DNA of 64,000 nucleotides from Microthyrium microscopicum (Eukaryota): NCBI GenBank assembly GCA_010405405.1, contig MU004237.1, positions 348,191 to 412,190 of the forward strand, read 5' to 3'. Shown piece by piece: positions 51,522 to 64,000 of this stretch (position 1 is its first letter; each line of letters starts with the position of its first letter). The notes under the pieces were generated by a model. It saw only the letters and a program-made list of their open reading frames with translations, ran no database searches and was not told where the DNA came from. The position numbers and the translations under genes were made by a program.

Positions 51522-52814
51522 ATGGCAATCGACATTGCACCTCCAAAACTCAAGGTCGCCGTCGTTGGAGGAGGACCTGGTGGACTCGCAACTGTCATAG
51601 CACTGTCTAAAGTACCAAATATCGAAGTAGTGCTTTACGAAAAAGATAAAATACTGCGCGAAGTTGGCGCAGGAATCAACATAGACCAGAATACTTGGAA
51701 TGTGCTCGAACTTCTCGGCGTCGCGCAGAGTCTGACAACTGGGCATCCAACTACGACAGTCTTAAACTTCGACGGACGAAACGGGGAAGAATTAAGCAGG
51801 CGGGAGTTGAACGAAACTGGAAAACGCACTAGAATCAGAACGCAGAGAACAGAACTCCAATCTGCACTGTTACAGCACGTCAAACCAAACTTCATCCACT
51901 ACGGCAAAAAACTATCTGCTCTCCATGATCTAGGTTCATCAGGCATCAGGCTAGATTTCACCGATGGCTCCAGTAGTACCGCAGACCTGGTAGTCGGAGC
52001 AGATGGAATCCGATCTGTCGTTAGAGATGCCCCATGGCCAACATACCCTCTCAAATACACCGGCACGACGATCTGGCGGGCTCTCTTGTCCAGAGATGAA
52101 CTCAGATCACTGGACCCACGCTTCGACATCACTGGCTGGTGGCATCTACCGACCTCTCACGTGTACTTCTCACCAGTCAGCGAAGGGCTCAGTGAGATCG
52201 CGGCGCGCGAACATCAGGATCCGGAAATTCATGCTGCCAGCAAGTCAATCTGGGGTGTTCCGGTGACGAATGAGTCTGTCGAGAGCCATTTTTCGGGTTA
52301 TCTACCCCAGGTTCAAGAGGCACTGCGTAGAATTCCAGATGGCGCATGGCGAGAGTTTGCTGCCTTTGCTGGACCGGAGCTGAGCTCGTTGACTGCCTGG
52401 GATGATAAGATTGCGTTGGTGGGCGATGCGAGCCATGCATTATCGGGGGCTTTTGGGTCGGGAGCGGGCTTTGCGATGGAGGATGGATGGGTGCTTGCTC
52501 AGAGTCTGGCTTATTTTGGCAATGATCTAGGGAAGGCTTTACCGCTATTCAACAAGATCAGATTGCCGTATTATGCTCGGATGTATGCTCATCTGGCTGA
52601 GATGAGCTTCAAACGAGCTGAGAAGCTGCGAGATCTCGGAACACCGAGTGATGGAGATAAGATCAAGGCTAAGGTCATTGGCGATGGAGGCAAGGATATG
52701 AAATGGATGTATGAGAACAACATCGGAAAGGTCTGGGAGGAGACTATCCGAACGTTGGCTTGCGAGCCGATTGATAGTGGAGTAGGAAGTCCTGTAGAGT
52801 CTCTGCCCACATGA
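51522..52814 (+). CDS. FAD-dependent monooxygenase, salicylate hydroxylase-like (430 aa)
   Basis: VAVVGGGPGG, EVGAGI, ADLVVGADGIRS and LVGDASHA...GAGFAMED flavoprotein monooxygenase motifs. Intact ORF. Confidence 0.93.
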   Translation: MAIDIAPPKLKVAVVGGGPGGLATVIALSKVPNIEVVLYEKDKILREVGAGINIDQNTWNVLELLGVAQSLTTGHPTTTVLNFDGRNGEELSRRELNETGKRTRIRTQRTELQSALLQHVKPNFIHYGKKLSALHDLGSSGIRLDFTDGSSSTADLVVGADGIRSVVRDAPWPTYPLKYTGTTIWRALLSRDELRSLDPRFDITGWWHLPTSHVYFSPVSEGLSEIAAREHQDPEIHAASKSIWGVPVTNESVESHFSGYLPQVQEALRRIPDGAWREFAAFAGPELSSLTAWDDKIALVGDASHALSGAFGSGAGFAMEDGWVLAQSLAYFGNDLGKALPLFNKIRLPYYARMYAHLAEMSFKRAEKLRDLGTPSDGDKIKAKVIGDGGKDMKWMYENNIGKVWEETIRTLACEPIDSGVGSPVESLPT

Positions 52815-53044
52815 GTCCTGGCGTCCTTATATTTTACGTATAACCTGTCATTCTGAACATACATATTATCAAGTTAGGTAGGCGGACAAGCGGATCGAGA
52901 CTTTGGAGATATCTACTAATATTAGTTGCAAATTATACCCACATGCCGTTCCCCAGCTACCATTAAGCGAAACGCTAGAGCACTCGCTGATCTCTTACAT
53001 AATAAATCTACACTATAAACACATCTTGGTACGCTAATCTCAAG

Positions 53045-54329
53045 TTACCGAATCCCTAACCCACCAGACGCATCTCTATCTACACTTCTCAATGTCTCTT
53101 CACCGCCATCAACCACCGCACCAGTCGAAGTTGCGCTCGTCCAGCTCTCGCGACCTGGGGATCTTGTAATACTCGCTTTAACGGGCGGTGTGAGTGTTTG
53201 TCCGAGCGCCGTAACGCTCTGTCGTTCTGCACCCACATTAGCCCAAGATGTAGCATGTTCTCGAGAAGGATCATGCCGTGAATGGCCTGGAGAGCCATTC
53301 GCATGATCGTTCTGAACAGCGGGTGATGCTGGAAGCTCAATGGGTCCGCGGTCTTCGGTTACTGGTAGTTCGTGGATGGGTTGACTGTCGAGTACTGGAG
53401 TGCCCTCTGAATAGAGAGGCGGTGGACTCTTGTAGCTCGGTGATGTCGGTTCTGGTGAACTTCCAGATTTCTTTGGGAGTAGGGGCGATGTTTGGGACAT
53501 TTTTGAAAAGAAGTTGCCAAAAGCCGATCTGCGTTTCTCCTTGACCTCCATCTCTCGCTGGGTTTCATCCTCTTGTGCTTGGTTTTCTGAAGTGTCGCTC
53601 ATATTGCTAACTTTTCTACTCCGTCGTCGACGTTGAATAAAGAGGAGCACGACGATGAGCAATGCGATTGGCACGATAGCAGCGATTAGCCCGGCAATCA
53701 AGCCCACGGGCGTGTGTGGGGGTGTTTGCGCAGAAGAAGCAGTTTCCGACGCTGATGCTGCTTCCAGGCTTTGCGATGATATACTACTATTCGACGCAGC
53801 AGACCTGGATTCTCTTATGGAGGTATTGCTGTTGGAAGTTGTAGTTGTGGCTGGAGTTCCTGATCACGTCAGTCATGGGTTATGGGAGGTTTTTAAGACA
53901 AACCTGGTATTGGTACACTTGTTGACTTCGCTGTGTTTGCTGTAGCTGCTGCAGATGTGGTAGTAGGTGGAATTGTCGTGGTCGGTGGCACTGGTGTCGT
54001 TTTCGCGGGTGTAGAGGTTGACGTCGTAGTTACTGCGATAAATCAGTTAGTGATATGCTTCTCTGATTTTATTTCCAAGCGGTTGATCAGGAAGAGACGC
54101 CGGATACCATGTTGGAACCGCTACAGCCTCCAGTGTCTCCAAGACGATATAGGAATAACTTACTGCTATCGACGGCACCCGGGACTTTATTGGCCTCTGG
54201 GCAACCTGGATTTGGTCTACATGGATCGACAGAGCAGCAGCCACGAAATCCGTTATCACAATTATAAAAACTGAATGGCGCAGAACAATCTGTATCACCG
54301 CGTTCGAATATGAACCCGTATAAGTCCAT
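53045..54329 (-). CDS. Single-pass membrane protein: Cys-rich N-terminus, Ser/Thr-rich stalk, cytoplasmic tail (multi-exon; 5' end approximate)
   Basis: CSAPFSFYNCDNGFRGCCSVDPC motif, S/T/P-rich exons at ~53710-54035, TM segment GLIAGLIAAIVPIALLIVVLLFI followed by QRRRRSRK, and PIHELP/PIELP tail motifs. Confidence 0.7.
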
Positions 54330-55978
54330 CCCACTTTCCAAAAGCTGCGAGCTGATATCAGGTCGTTGTGGATGTGCGTGTCGCCAAGCGGTTTTGCGGA
54401 TGGCCAAAAAGGAAAAACGAAAGGAGAATGAGGGTCTGATCTGAAGAACTCTGAAGAGTTGAAGTTGCGAGACGTTCCAATTTCAATGTATGAGGCAAGA
54501 ACGATGAAGTACGACTGCTAAATCACAGAAGGAGCAACTGAAGTCATCACAACCAACTGAATATACAAGGCAGGTCTCTAACTTTAGAATCTGCAACTTG
54601 GGTTTCAATTCATGCGAATAATGGCATGGATATCAAAGCGTCCAAAATCCAACCCCATAATATTTGTTGCAACAGGATGTAAAAGTTGCCGAGCGAGCTA
54701 CCAACAGCTGTTTGCATGCCACAAGAAGTTGGGTTGCTCAACTGGGGCGCAGTATGCAGTACAATTGTTACTTCCATTTCCCATTGGAACTCACGATTTG
54801 CGCTCATGCCTACCAACACTAACCCCTGTCTTTTTGATTGGCGCGGCTAGTTTCCAGATATCATTGGTGTTGCACTTGAATATTCTCCCGCGCGCACTGT
54901 AATGCGGAAGGTTGGAAATTGACACATAACTATTGCCTCGTGGTTGCAAGTGTGGCGAAGAACGATCAGAACATTAAATGGTTGAAGCAGATTTCGTCAC
55001 ATGCGAATTTGACTATGAAATGTGCCTTACATATTTTCCTCACTAAGGAGTAAAAGTCATTGTGTATATATCTTTCAAATTGATTCGATCACAGTTAGTT
55101 GATTATCTCCCTGATCTACTGAGCCCACAAGGCATTTTCGCATGCTAAGGTGGAATATTAAAGGCTACAAAGGGTTTCTAGATCTTGAGTTCGCAATGGA
55201 GTGCATGTTACTGCTGTTGCCATTGCTATTGCATTCTGATATGCCTGAGCTAGGAGACCGGTTTAAATGGTTTTCACACATAGGTTGTCTGTCATTTCTT
55301 ACTCTGTTATCAAGGGACAAACATGAGTTACTGCCTGTCCAAGCCATAACGTCTCGCCTCTCGAAGATATGAAGACTCACACTGGCGGTGCATTGCAAAC
55401 AGAGAGCCATGCTACTCAGGCAACCTTGAAAATCCCATACATACGTCCATAGCAAGTGTCGATTGCCGGTTGCCAAGAATGATATGCCACTTGAAAAGGC
55501 ACGCAAGCTCACAAAGTTTCCTAGCGAAGCAGTGACGGTTGTGACAAAATCTATTGCTGAATCGGGCAATGACGAGGCAAGTCTCGCTGTTGTCTGACAA
55601 TGACATTGCTAAAGTCCGCGTAAAGTCGCTTTCGATCCGCTCTCACTACTACCAGTCTAACACTTCAATACGTTTTTGGAAGACGCAGACTGCATCCCTC
55701 CAAGATTCATTGCCCATTGTACCAGGTGCGCGCATTGCAGTCTCTGACGCTACGGGAATAGCAATGCCGTCAGGTCGTGGCTTGGGGCGCATATCTGGAA
55801 GCTGTCCTGGAATACAGCAGAGCGCATGTCCTGCAGATAGTGTCTCACCAAGGCTTTGTTTTGGATTGTATTCTTTCACCTGTTCCACGGTTATGCTTGG
55901 GGTGCTGGTGCTTGCCGTATAAGCCGCCGATATATTGCTGACTCGCTCGCTGTTGTAAGTGTCGGACCGAATCTGGTG

Positions 55979-56011
<33 letters not shown>

Positions 56012-56041
56012 TGTTGCTGTTGTTGCTGTTGTTGCTGCTGC

Positions 56042-56102
<61 letters not shown>
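55979..56102. repeat. Compound (CTG/TTG)n trinucleotide microsatellite, ~41 units
   Basis: Directly visible alternating blocks of CTG and TTG. Confidence 0.97.
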
Positions 56103-56103
<1 letters not shown>

Positions 56104-58387
56104 CTACTCCTGGTCAGTAATGGTGGTAATGTTGTTCGAAGAAGCGATGACAACCTACCGCTTGCGGACCCTATATCAGCTGACGGATCATCAGAACACC
56201 GCATGTTTCGTCTTGTCCAGATCTGGTAGATAACTCCATCACATGGCCAATTTCCTCGTCTTGTGGGTTCATCCTGAAGGCTTCGTGAGACTTCTCTGCT
56301 GCTCTCAGCTTCAGCGAATCTACCTGGACACCGTCCGCCAGCGAACATCCAGGCGTGAAGGATAACTTCATTTGTCAGAAGCCCCAGCCCGGGGTAAGGC
56401 GAAGGGTGGCGACGTCGTCAAAGAACTTGACGGTCAGGCATAAGAACCAATTTCTGTGGAATGAGAGTGAACGAAAAGATGGAAAGATGACGAAAAGGGA
56501 ATGAAGTGGAATTAGGAGGAGAGACTGTGAAAGAAAAGCGATGAGGTATCAGCAGAGTCATCAAATTGACTTTCCAAACTCAGTAGGCTCAACCTTATGG
56601 ACTGGGCAGGCACGAGCATCAAGTAAACACTGAACACTGCTTTGGAAAGCAAGAGCAGCTAGAGAACGCCAGTTGATTACCTCTCTGGGCAATCGGATTA
56701 CTCGGTCTACAAGTAACTCTTGCCTTATCATGCCCATTATTTGCCTAATGAGGGAGCCTTCAACTACATCTTGGAAACCGGTATCACTAGTGCTTGTCCG
56801 ACTCACAATCGTTGCCTGCCGGGATACTATCGATGCCGCGACATTCTATGATGATCAGGTCTGATTCTGATACTGCGATTTGGTCACGTCGGCGTGCCTG
56901 CTTTGTCGTGATAGCATCGTGGCTGATGTTTCCTTTGGCATCAGCGACGAGCGGCCCAAGTTCTGAAGCACTAATAGCCACTGCATGTTGATGTGCGGAC
57001 CGTATAACGACAGGCTTTCGCGATGCCATATTCCGTCCAGTCAAAAGAAGACAGAGTAGATCGGGACATGGACAGGGAGGAAATATAGAGTATATCGAGC
57101 TGCTTGAGATAGTGATATGCTGGTTACGGCATGAAAGTATACCATACATACTACCGGCCAGAAGGGAAGAAACGACAGGCCTCTAGCAGCCTCCTGTTCG
57201 GGACCTCCACAGGCAGCTCCTCGTTCACAACTTGCGCCGCTTGCTGGCGGCCACCTCATGAGCTTCGGTCCTGCCGGTCCTGCAACGCGGGTTCCTATTC
57301 GGTCTCCATGCAGATCCAGCGCCTGATCCTGTCACTTCGTCTTCTGATGCTTTGCGACTTAGCAGCCGTATCGGGTAGCTAACCATCAAACTCGCCTTGC
57401 GTACTTGCCGTGTCAAATCAACACATCCAACAGCGGCTAGCAATCCAGCCAAATCGCGCCATGTCCTCCTGGCGAACTCGAATGACCCGACACGGGAGAT
57501 ATCTGCTCTGGATATGACCCCTGAAAAGCATGGTGGTGTGTTGAGGACTGGTCCTCCCCAGTGCCTAAGTAGGTGGACGGACCTTCTTCGAGCTTCACGC
57601 CTTCGAGCAATGCATCCATATCCTTTCTAATGCCCCCAGGAGTGCCTACTCAAGGAAGAAGACGCAGTATACTTCTTCATCCTCATCCAAGAGTCCATCA
57701 CGGTCATCGCATGCCGTACGATATTGAAACAGGACAGGCATTTGAGAATACCATGGCGAGTGAGGAACCTGCAGGCTACTCATTGTGGCGATAAAGGCAC
57801 AACGGTCACTTTCCTTGAGTAGCAGGACACATTGGAGCTCTCAGCCGAAAACCATCTCTGGAAGGAGCTCAGCAAACCAAGCACCATGTGTGTCCACTGA
57901 GTAGGGAAGGCCATACAGGGCGATTTACAGACGTCATTTCCAAGTCGGACTGCTCCGTACCTTCCTAGAGCCTCTTTGGTCCATTTCAACAGGTTGGTAA
58001 TGCATTCCAAGTGCATAGCAAGCGCCTGGCCGGTAGACCAATGATTGTCCCTGCTATTTATTTCAAATGTTGTGTTGTGATTGAGTGGTCCTCGAACTTG
58101 TGTAGCACAGGGCGCGCTGGGTCACTTCCGTCGCTTCAATACTGAATCCGCATACACACTTTGTGAATTTACAAGCCTGGTTTGATGAAAGACTCTAGAG
58201 TGTTGTATTTTGATGTGAGAGAGATGGAGAAGCCCATGAACGCGACTCGCGAGTCACGACAGAACCGGAGCTGCTGACAAATTTTGGCGGCCTTCTTTGC
58301 CTGAGGCACACATTCAGCCATCTCGATTTCCATGTTCGAAGGATCTTGATTCTTGACGGAGCAAAATGCCCATTTATCACGGGAATC

Positions 58388-60361
58388 ATGATGGAAAAGT
58401 ACAGAGCAGAGACTTCTTCGGTTCGAGAGGGGCGCAGAAAGTCGCTATTCATTGTCTTGTGGCGCCCAATCAGTGTCATCCTGATCGTATGCCTTCTAGG
58501 TTTGTATCATTCTCCACCCAGTATCCTACTTAGTGCTGGACCATGCCGAAGAGCCAAGCAATTTAGATTTGGAACGTTTCCAAAGCCTGGTGATCCATTT
58601 AAATTCCTACCTTGTACCAATACATCAGTACCACCGGCGCTCAATGACACGAAGCCCGCAAAGACATGGGCGAAACTTTTCGATCCCGATCCGGAGCATT
58701 GGAGTTGGGGAAACAAGACTAATTACAGCGATGGGCAAACCGTCAACGGGTATGAAAAGCGAGGGATATATCTATGTGGCTACCTCGATGTCCCCATGGA
58801 CTACACCAACAAGTCAGACGCTCGAATCGTGCGTCTCGCAATCACCAAGTTCCAAGTTTCTGGACTAGCCCATGTAAAGAGCACCGAAAAGTCAGCAGGC
58901 AAGAAAAGCGAGCGAACTTTAATCATCGAGCCTGGTGGTCCTGGTGGAAGTGGCACCTCATATGCGTGGCGTGCTGCCGAAGAGATGACTGAACGCGTCA
59001 GCGATGGCCAATATGATGTCCTTGGATGGGACCCTCGTGGAGTCAACATTTCGCTTCCTGCTGTATCGTGTTTTCCACATGATGCGGATCGGGATCGTTG
59101 GAGACTGCTTGCCGGCCAGTATCGTGAGGTCTCGGCTTCTCCACGGGCACAACTGGAGCTTGCGGATGCGATGAACGATGCCGTGATGCATGCGTGCCAT
59201 GAGAGACACGGAGATTTTGGGAGATTTGTTAGTACCACTTTTGTGGCGCGCGATATGGAAGAGATCCGAAAAGCACTGGACGAGGATGAACTCACTGGCT
59301 TTTTGGTAAGCTATGGCACAGGCATTGGCCAGACGTATGCGAATATGTTTCCCGATAGTGTTGGTCGCATGGTACTTGATGGTACTGAATATGTAAGAGA
59401 TCACCGCTTGTTAGGGGGCTTTGGCTGGACTGCTCTCGACAATGCTACAGACGCGTGGCATGATGGAGTTTTGGGCGAATGTCTCAAGGCTGGACCAGAG
59501 CACTGTGCACTAGCCAAGACGAAAGCAAAAGGAGAAAAGAGTATATCTCTCCACAGCCTGAAAGCACACGTAGAAACGTTGGTAGACTCACTGATCGCAA
59601 ATCCCATCGTTGGATATACAGCAGAAACTGGTCCATCACTCATCTTATACTCGACCATGGTATCAGCCATATACTCAGCAATGTATAGCCCACCAAGCTG
59701 GACCGCTCTAGCACAGATGCTATACGAATTAGACAACGGCAACTCCACATTGGCCGCAGCCTTTCTCGAGCACCGATGGGAGTATGATCCAACACTCCCA
59801 TCTGCTCCTACACGCAAGCCATCATCTGACGAACTAGGATATCTAGTAATATGTTCCGACTCCTACGACGCACCAACACCACCCGGCGGACTCGACTGGT
59901 GGGAATCGCTCTGGAAAAACATGACCGCGCAAAACTGGATCGCTGGCAACTCACGCTTCCACACCGTGCTTCCATGCCGCCACTTCAACAAGTACTGGGA
60001 CGCGCCCGCAGAGGTATATCGGGGTGATCTAAACAACACACTGCGACATCCCATATTGCTTATTGCAGAGACGTATGATCCAGCGACACCGTTGCGCAAT
60101 GGACGACGGCTGCTTGCGGAGATGGGTAAGAATGCGCGGATGGTTGTGCATCATGGGTATGGTCATTCATCTGGTAGAGACAGATCGAACTGTACGGATG
60201 CCATTGCGAAGAATTATATTCTCCATGGTATACTGCCTGATGAGCAGGAGACTGCGTGTTTTGCGAATGAGAAGCCTTATCTGTATCAAGCTGATTCTAT
60301 GCGCGTAGACAAGCAAGATCATATCGCTATGTGGAGACAGTATGGAAAGAAACAATTTTAA
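58388..60361 (+). CDS. Alpha/beta hydrolase with TAP-like (peptidase S33) C-terminal domain, N-terminal membrane anchor
   Basis: CGYLDVPMDY, EPGGPGGSG, GWDPRGV, VARDM, nucleophile VSYGT, DPATP and HGYGHSS. Intact ORF. Confidence 0.9.
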   Translation: MMEKYRAETSSVREGRRKSLFIVLWRPISVILIVCLLGLYHSPPSILLSAGPCRRAKQFRFGTFPKPGDPFKFLPCTNTSVPPALNDTKPAKTWAKLFDPDPEHWSWGNKTNYSDGQTVNGYEKRGIYLCGYLDVPMDYTNKSDARIVRLAITKFQVSGLAHVKSTEKSAGKKSERTLIIEPGGPGGSGTSYAWRAAEEMTERVSDGQYDVLGWDPRGVNISLPAVSCFPHDADRDRWRLLAGQYREVSASPRAQLELADAMNDAVMHACHERHGDFGRFVSTTFVARDMEEIRKALDEDELTGFLVSYGTGIGQTYANMFPDSVGRMVLDGTEYVRDHRLLGGFGWTALDNATDAWHDGVLGECLKAGPEHCALAKTKAKGEKSISLHSLKAHVETLVDSLIANPIVGYTAETGPSLILYSTMVSAIYSAMYSPPSWTALAQMLYELDNGNSTLAAAFLEHRWEYDPTLPSAPTRKPSSDELGYLVICSDSYDAPTPPGGLDWWESLWKNMTAQNWIAGNSRFHTVLPCRHFNKYWDAPAEVYRGDLNNTLRHPILLIAETYDPATPLRNGRRLLAEMGKNARMVVHHGYGHSSGRDRSNCTDAIAKNYILHGILPDEQETACFANEKPYLYQADSMRVDKQDHIAMWRQYGKKQF

Positions 60362-60579
60362 CATACTCTCGGACATATAGTCGTCAACAAGAATGCTAAG
60401 CGATTTTTGATATCATATATGTTACACAATGCTGCAGATATATTCACAGATATAACATAACACTGGACATGGACGAAGAAAATTGAGTTATTATTTGGCA
60501 TGATTGATTGATTGATTACAAAATGGAAAGTCTAAACCATTATTTGGCATAAATTATGCTCCAGTACCTAGCTAAGCAT

Positions 60580-61022
60580 TTATTGCTTGCGGTGAAGTCC
60601 ACCCTCATCGCCAGTGTTGTGGATGGCATTAGGCACAGCGCGCTCAATAGACTCTGGGAGTTTCTCCTGAATCTTCTTAGGGACGATTGAGTCTTCACCA
60701 CCATCCTTCGCATGTGTCTGGTTGGTCGAAGATGACTTATCGCCAGTTGGGTGAACCTATTGAGCTATTAGCAGACAATCCCAAGAGTTGAGATCATTCC
60801 ACTAACGGATTCGGGAAGGTTTCGCTCGAGTCCTTCTGGAGCGGCATTCTGAGCGCCCTCTGGCACCTTTGACTCGCCAATAGCGTGCGAGGCACCTTGG
60901 CCGTGTTGGTTGGTGTTCTGGTTGAGAGACATTGTGCTTGAAATAGATCTGGAAAAAGGTTGATTTGTGATGAGAGATTTGCGGATTGTGGATCGAGAAT
61001 GTTGGATGATTTGTTTGAACAT
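60580..61022 (-). CDS. Small hydrophilic fungal protein (LEA-like/stress type) with possible mitochondrial presequence
   Basis: A 50-bp intron 60757-60806 joins NLPES|VHPTG. Internal duplicated motif (SHA..S.VP..Q..P..ER..P..H.TG twice) and an R/S-rich N-terminus. Confidence 0.75.
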
Positions 61023-61853
61023 TGTGAATAATGGTTGGATTTTATACTAGAATTGGCAATACTTCCAGAATATGACCAGCTTTTAAGCACCAGCGAATAA
61101 CATCACGAATAGAGCGAAAGAAGTGTTGGCGTCATGGAGATTGTTTACAAAATACGGGGCTGTACGAGGTACGATCTCAATTATTGCGACAGAATCGCTC
61201 AATTGAACGTCACATAGTGCTGTATGACGTTTGTGAATTAGGCAGCAGAATAATGTTGTGGATCGATGATTCAATTAAGACTACATAGTAGATGTTGAAA
61301 CAAATAGGTGTTATTGTTAGGGAATATCCAACGCAATAGAAGCGTCATCGATAGAGTCGATATGTATGCCAATGTGTATGTACTGTGCAAATATGCATGT
61401 TTGATGAATATGGACATCGAGATCTGAACCAGGGACCGGGATTGAATCCTGGCCCCGCCATATGATATCAATGCTGATGAGGCTGAGAATTGTGTTTTAC
61501 CTAGGCGGATTGATTGCATGGACTAATCTTGACAGCCGTTGCATCCGTAACGTGGCTACTCATGTGCTAGTATACATTTGAAAGTAGTACTTAGAAGCAG
61601 GTTCTGACTTCTTCTGTGTGATTACAGTACAATAGGACTATAATAGAATAAATCAATACTTCAAAGTGTGGTAGAGTACTCTACTGTTACGTCTATCTTT
61701 ACCTCGACTATGCTATCGACTAGGTATTCATACTTTTGATATGTCCTCAGAACTTTTATTCGTGATTGCGTTGATCCGGGGAAATGATGTAGCTCGCGGA
61801 TTACTGTCGTTACTTTCTCATGATTTCCCCAGGTACCGCCAATTTTGGCCAGA

Positions 61854-63513
61854 TCAAGGCTCATAATCATCATTGGACTCTTCCCTCCTGAGCACCCATG
61901 ATGCATACATGGCTCCCTTCTCAACCCTGACACCCTCATCATCTTGCTTGACCTCAAGCACACTGACTAAACCAGGCGCCTCTTCCCACTCCACTCCACT
62001 AGCCTTCGCCAGCTGCGCCTGTTCCGCGGCTACCGAAGTATTCCACCGTTCCAGAAACTTGCGCAGTTCTTCCAGCGTTTCCGGTGTATCCTCAATCAAC
62101 AATGCGACTGCGTCATATCCACCAGCACCAGGCACAACACCATTGACCACACCAGTCACACCGAGGCAGCCATCCAGCAGGGCCCGCTGACTCTCCGGCT
62201 CAATGGGCACACCAGAGAGACGCGACATGTTGCGGACTGAAGCGCGCACATCTGCAAGCGCAGCGGAAAGTTTATCGAATCGACCCGAGAACTCAGCCTT
62301 CGCATCCGCCTGGCAAAGATGCTGAAGTTCAGCCTGCACAGCTTCGTTCTGCGCATGTAATTTCGTCCAGACCATGCCAGCTTCCTCTGGCTCACGTTTT
62401 CTCCAATCGAGTACACCTTTGACCATACCTGGCGTCTTGCTCCCACAGTCTACATCACACATAACTAGCCTCAAGCCCTTGGGCAGTGCGGCGCCAGCTT
62501 TAGTGATTTGCGTATCCCACTTCTTGCGTTGACCTTCACCCTCTTCTTTGTCTTCAGCTATGGCCTCATCGTCGTCCACGAGAGCACGTAATCGACTCGC
62601 ATAGCCAGCGGTCCCAGGGCTATCAGTCATGGCTATGACAGAGGGTGAAAAGCGACGATATATGCATGATCCATAGACAGCAGACGCAACGTCGAAACCA
62701 CTTCCGACTTTTCCTTGCGCAACACAATGCGCTACCTGCGCAAGATTATGTACGCGCAGTCTGCCCTCCTCTGTGGTCAGCAGCTTCTCCTCTGGGAGGT
62801 AGTGCGCGAGCAGAGCAGCAGTCAAGGCAGTGACGAGAGCAGCGGAGGAGCCAAGGCCGGTTTTGTGGGCGTCCCAGAGTGGGATGCCAAAGAACTTGAA
62901 CTGCTCCCCGGTAAACTCTGTAGACTTGTTGGAGGGTGTGGTGTAGTAGGCATCGTCAGCGAGGATAGTGATGGCCGATGGATGGATGGTTGGTGATGGG
63001 TTGGTTGCTGAGGCGAGTTTGGTGGAGATGTAGGTGAGGACATGGGTCAATGTTGTCTCGACAAATGGATTTGGATGTAATGTTTGTTGGGCGGAACTAA
63101 CTCACCGTTCAGCACGATATCTAAATGGTAAAGCACGCAGGATAGATCGCGAGAAACATCATGGATGCAGGTATAGATGTTGTAAATTTCATTTTTTTGT
63201 GGGCTACTTGTTGGATTGTGATGGTGGTGACATACCTGGTTAGTGGATGGACAAGTACGCCCCCATCCTTCTCGCTACGTCGATAACCATATTCCCATAT
63301 GGCATCTTTGAATTGAGGACTTTTCACGATAATTTCTTCGAGAACTACGCCAGTACTGGTATGGAGAGGTCTGATGTGGACGTGTATACGAGCGTCTAAG
63401 CCGAACACGAGCCCAGTATAATCGCGGTCAAGTACTAGATATCCGCCGGCCAATAAAACTTTGCCTGGGGCAGAAACTGCGACTGTTTTCCTGCTTTGAT
63501 CATCTGAAGGCAT
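61854..63513 (-). CDS. ERG8: Phosphomevalonate kinase
   Basis: AVSAPGKVLLAGGYLVLD, NPFVE, KTGLGSSAAL, AHCVAQGKVGSGFDVA and VPGAGGYDA. Intron 63097-63235. Confidence 0.95.
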
Positions 63514-64000
63514 CGCAATAACGCTGTCGCTAAATTGACCAAAAGTAGAAATTTGCTTGGTTGATCTCGAATTTTGTAGGACTTGCAGTAAGCCCAATGG
63601 AAACTTGCTAGTCAGGTGTCAACTTATGCCTTGGATTATGGAGTATGAGCATAAGATGCGGAGAAAGAGTGACTAGTAGTAGTGATGAATCGTTGAATGG
63701 TTGATAGCATCATGGACCAAGCTGGTGGTTGAGGTTGAAGGGGGTTTAAACCGCTCGCGATAAAGAATCGGAGGGGGGCTGGTGAGTCAGCAAAGCAAGC
63801 TGTCAGCAGCCAAGGACCAAGCCACCATTTAAACTGTAAAGGGGTTGCAAATAGCTTTCAAGAGATGTAATTGGCCATCGGAACATCGGAAGGCTGAAAT
63901 AGTGGAAAGGAAACTCGTGGAATTGATACATCCCAGTACCGTTTTCTTCCTTTCAGTTTACGCACCTTAGCGTGCCTATTTGGGTCGCGGCGCCACTAAA

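Noticed and set aside
55856..56233. Poly-Cys and poly-Leu ORFs
   Set aside because: Translation artefacts of the CTG/TTG microsatellite.
9654..60361. Secondary-metabolite cluster (TF, transporter, P450, monooxygenase, hydrolase)
   Set aside because: No PKS, NRPS, terpene cyclase or prenyltransferase is present. The genes are dispersed among housekeeping genes and the P450 is truncated.

Overview
Eukaryotic DNA from a filamentous ascomycete (Pezizomycotina-type short GT-AG introns with CTRAC-like branch sites, a Zn2Cys6 factor, HET-domain genes and AT-rich RIP-mutated transposons). Housekeeping genes are PPN1 endopolyphosphatase, ERG8 phosphomevalonate kinase, a high-affinity-type sugar porter, an amidase, a P-loop kinase, an FAD monooxygenase and a TAP-like alpha/beta hydrolase. 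They are interleaved with accessory material: two intact HET genes, a broken ankyrin/HET-tail locus, two F-box-like genes, an Alt a 1-like secreted protein, a carboxylesterase pseudogene and a 5'-truncated P450. Five transposon relics are visible: a RIPed LTR+gag fragment carrying a 781-bp Mutator-like insertion with a 9-bp TSD, a RIPed Tc1-like element carrying a nested miniature LTR element, and a second miniature LTR element with a 4-bp TSD. The most striking observation is a two-exon secreted protein (4365-5712) whose ordered motifs match, from my recollection of that sequence, the catalytic motifs of the Vibrio actin cross-linking domain (ACD). This suggests a fungal secreted ATP-dependent isopeptide-ligase toxin or effector. 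All calls are by eye, and no searches were run.
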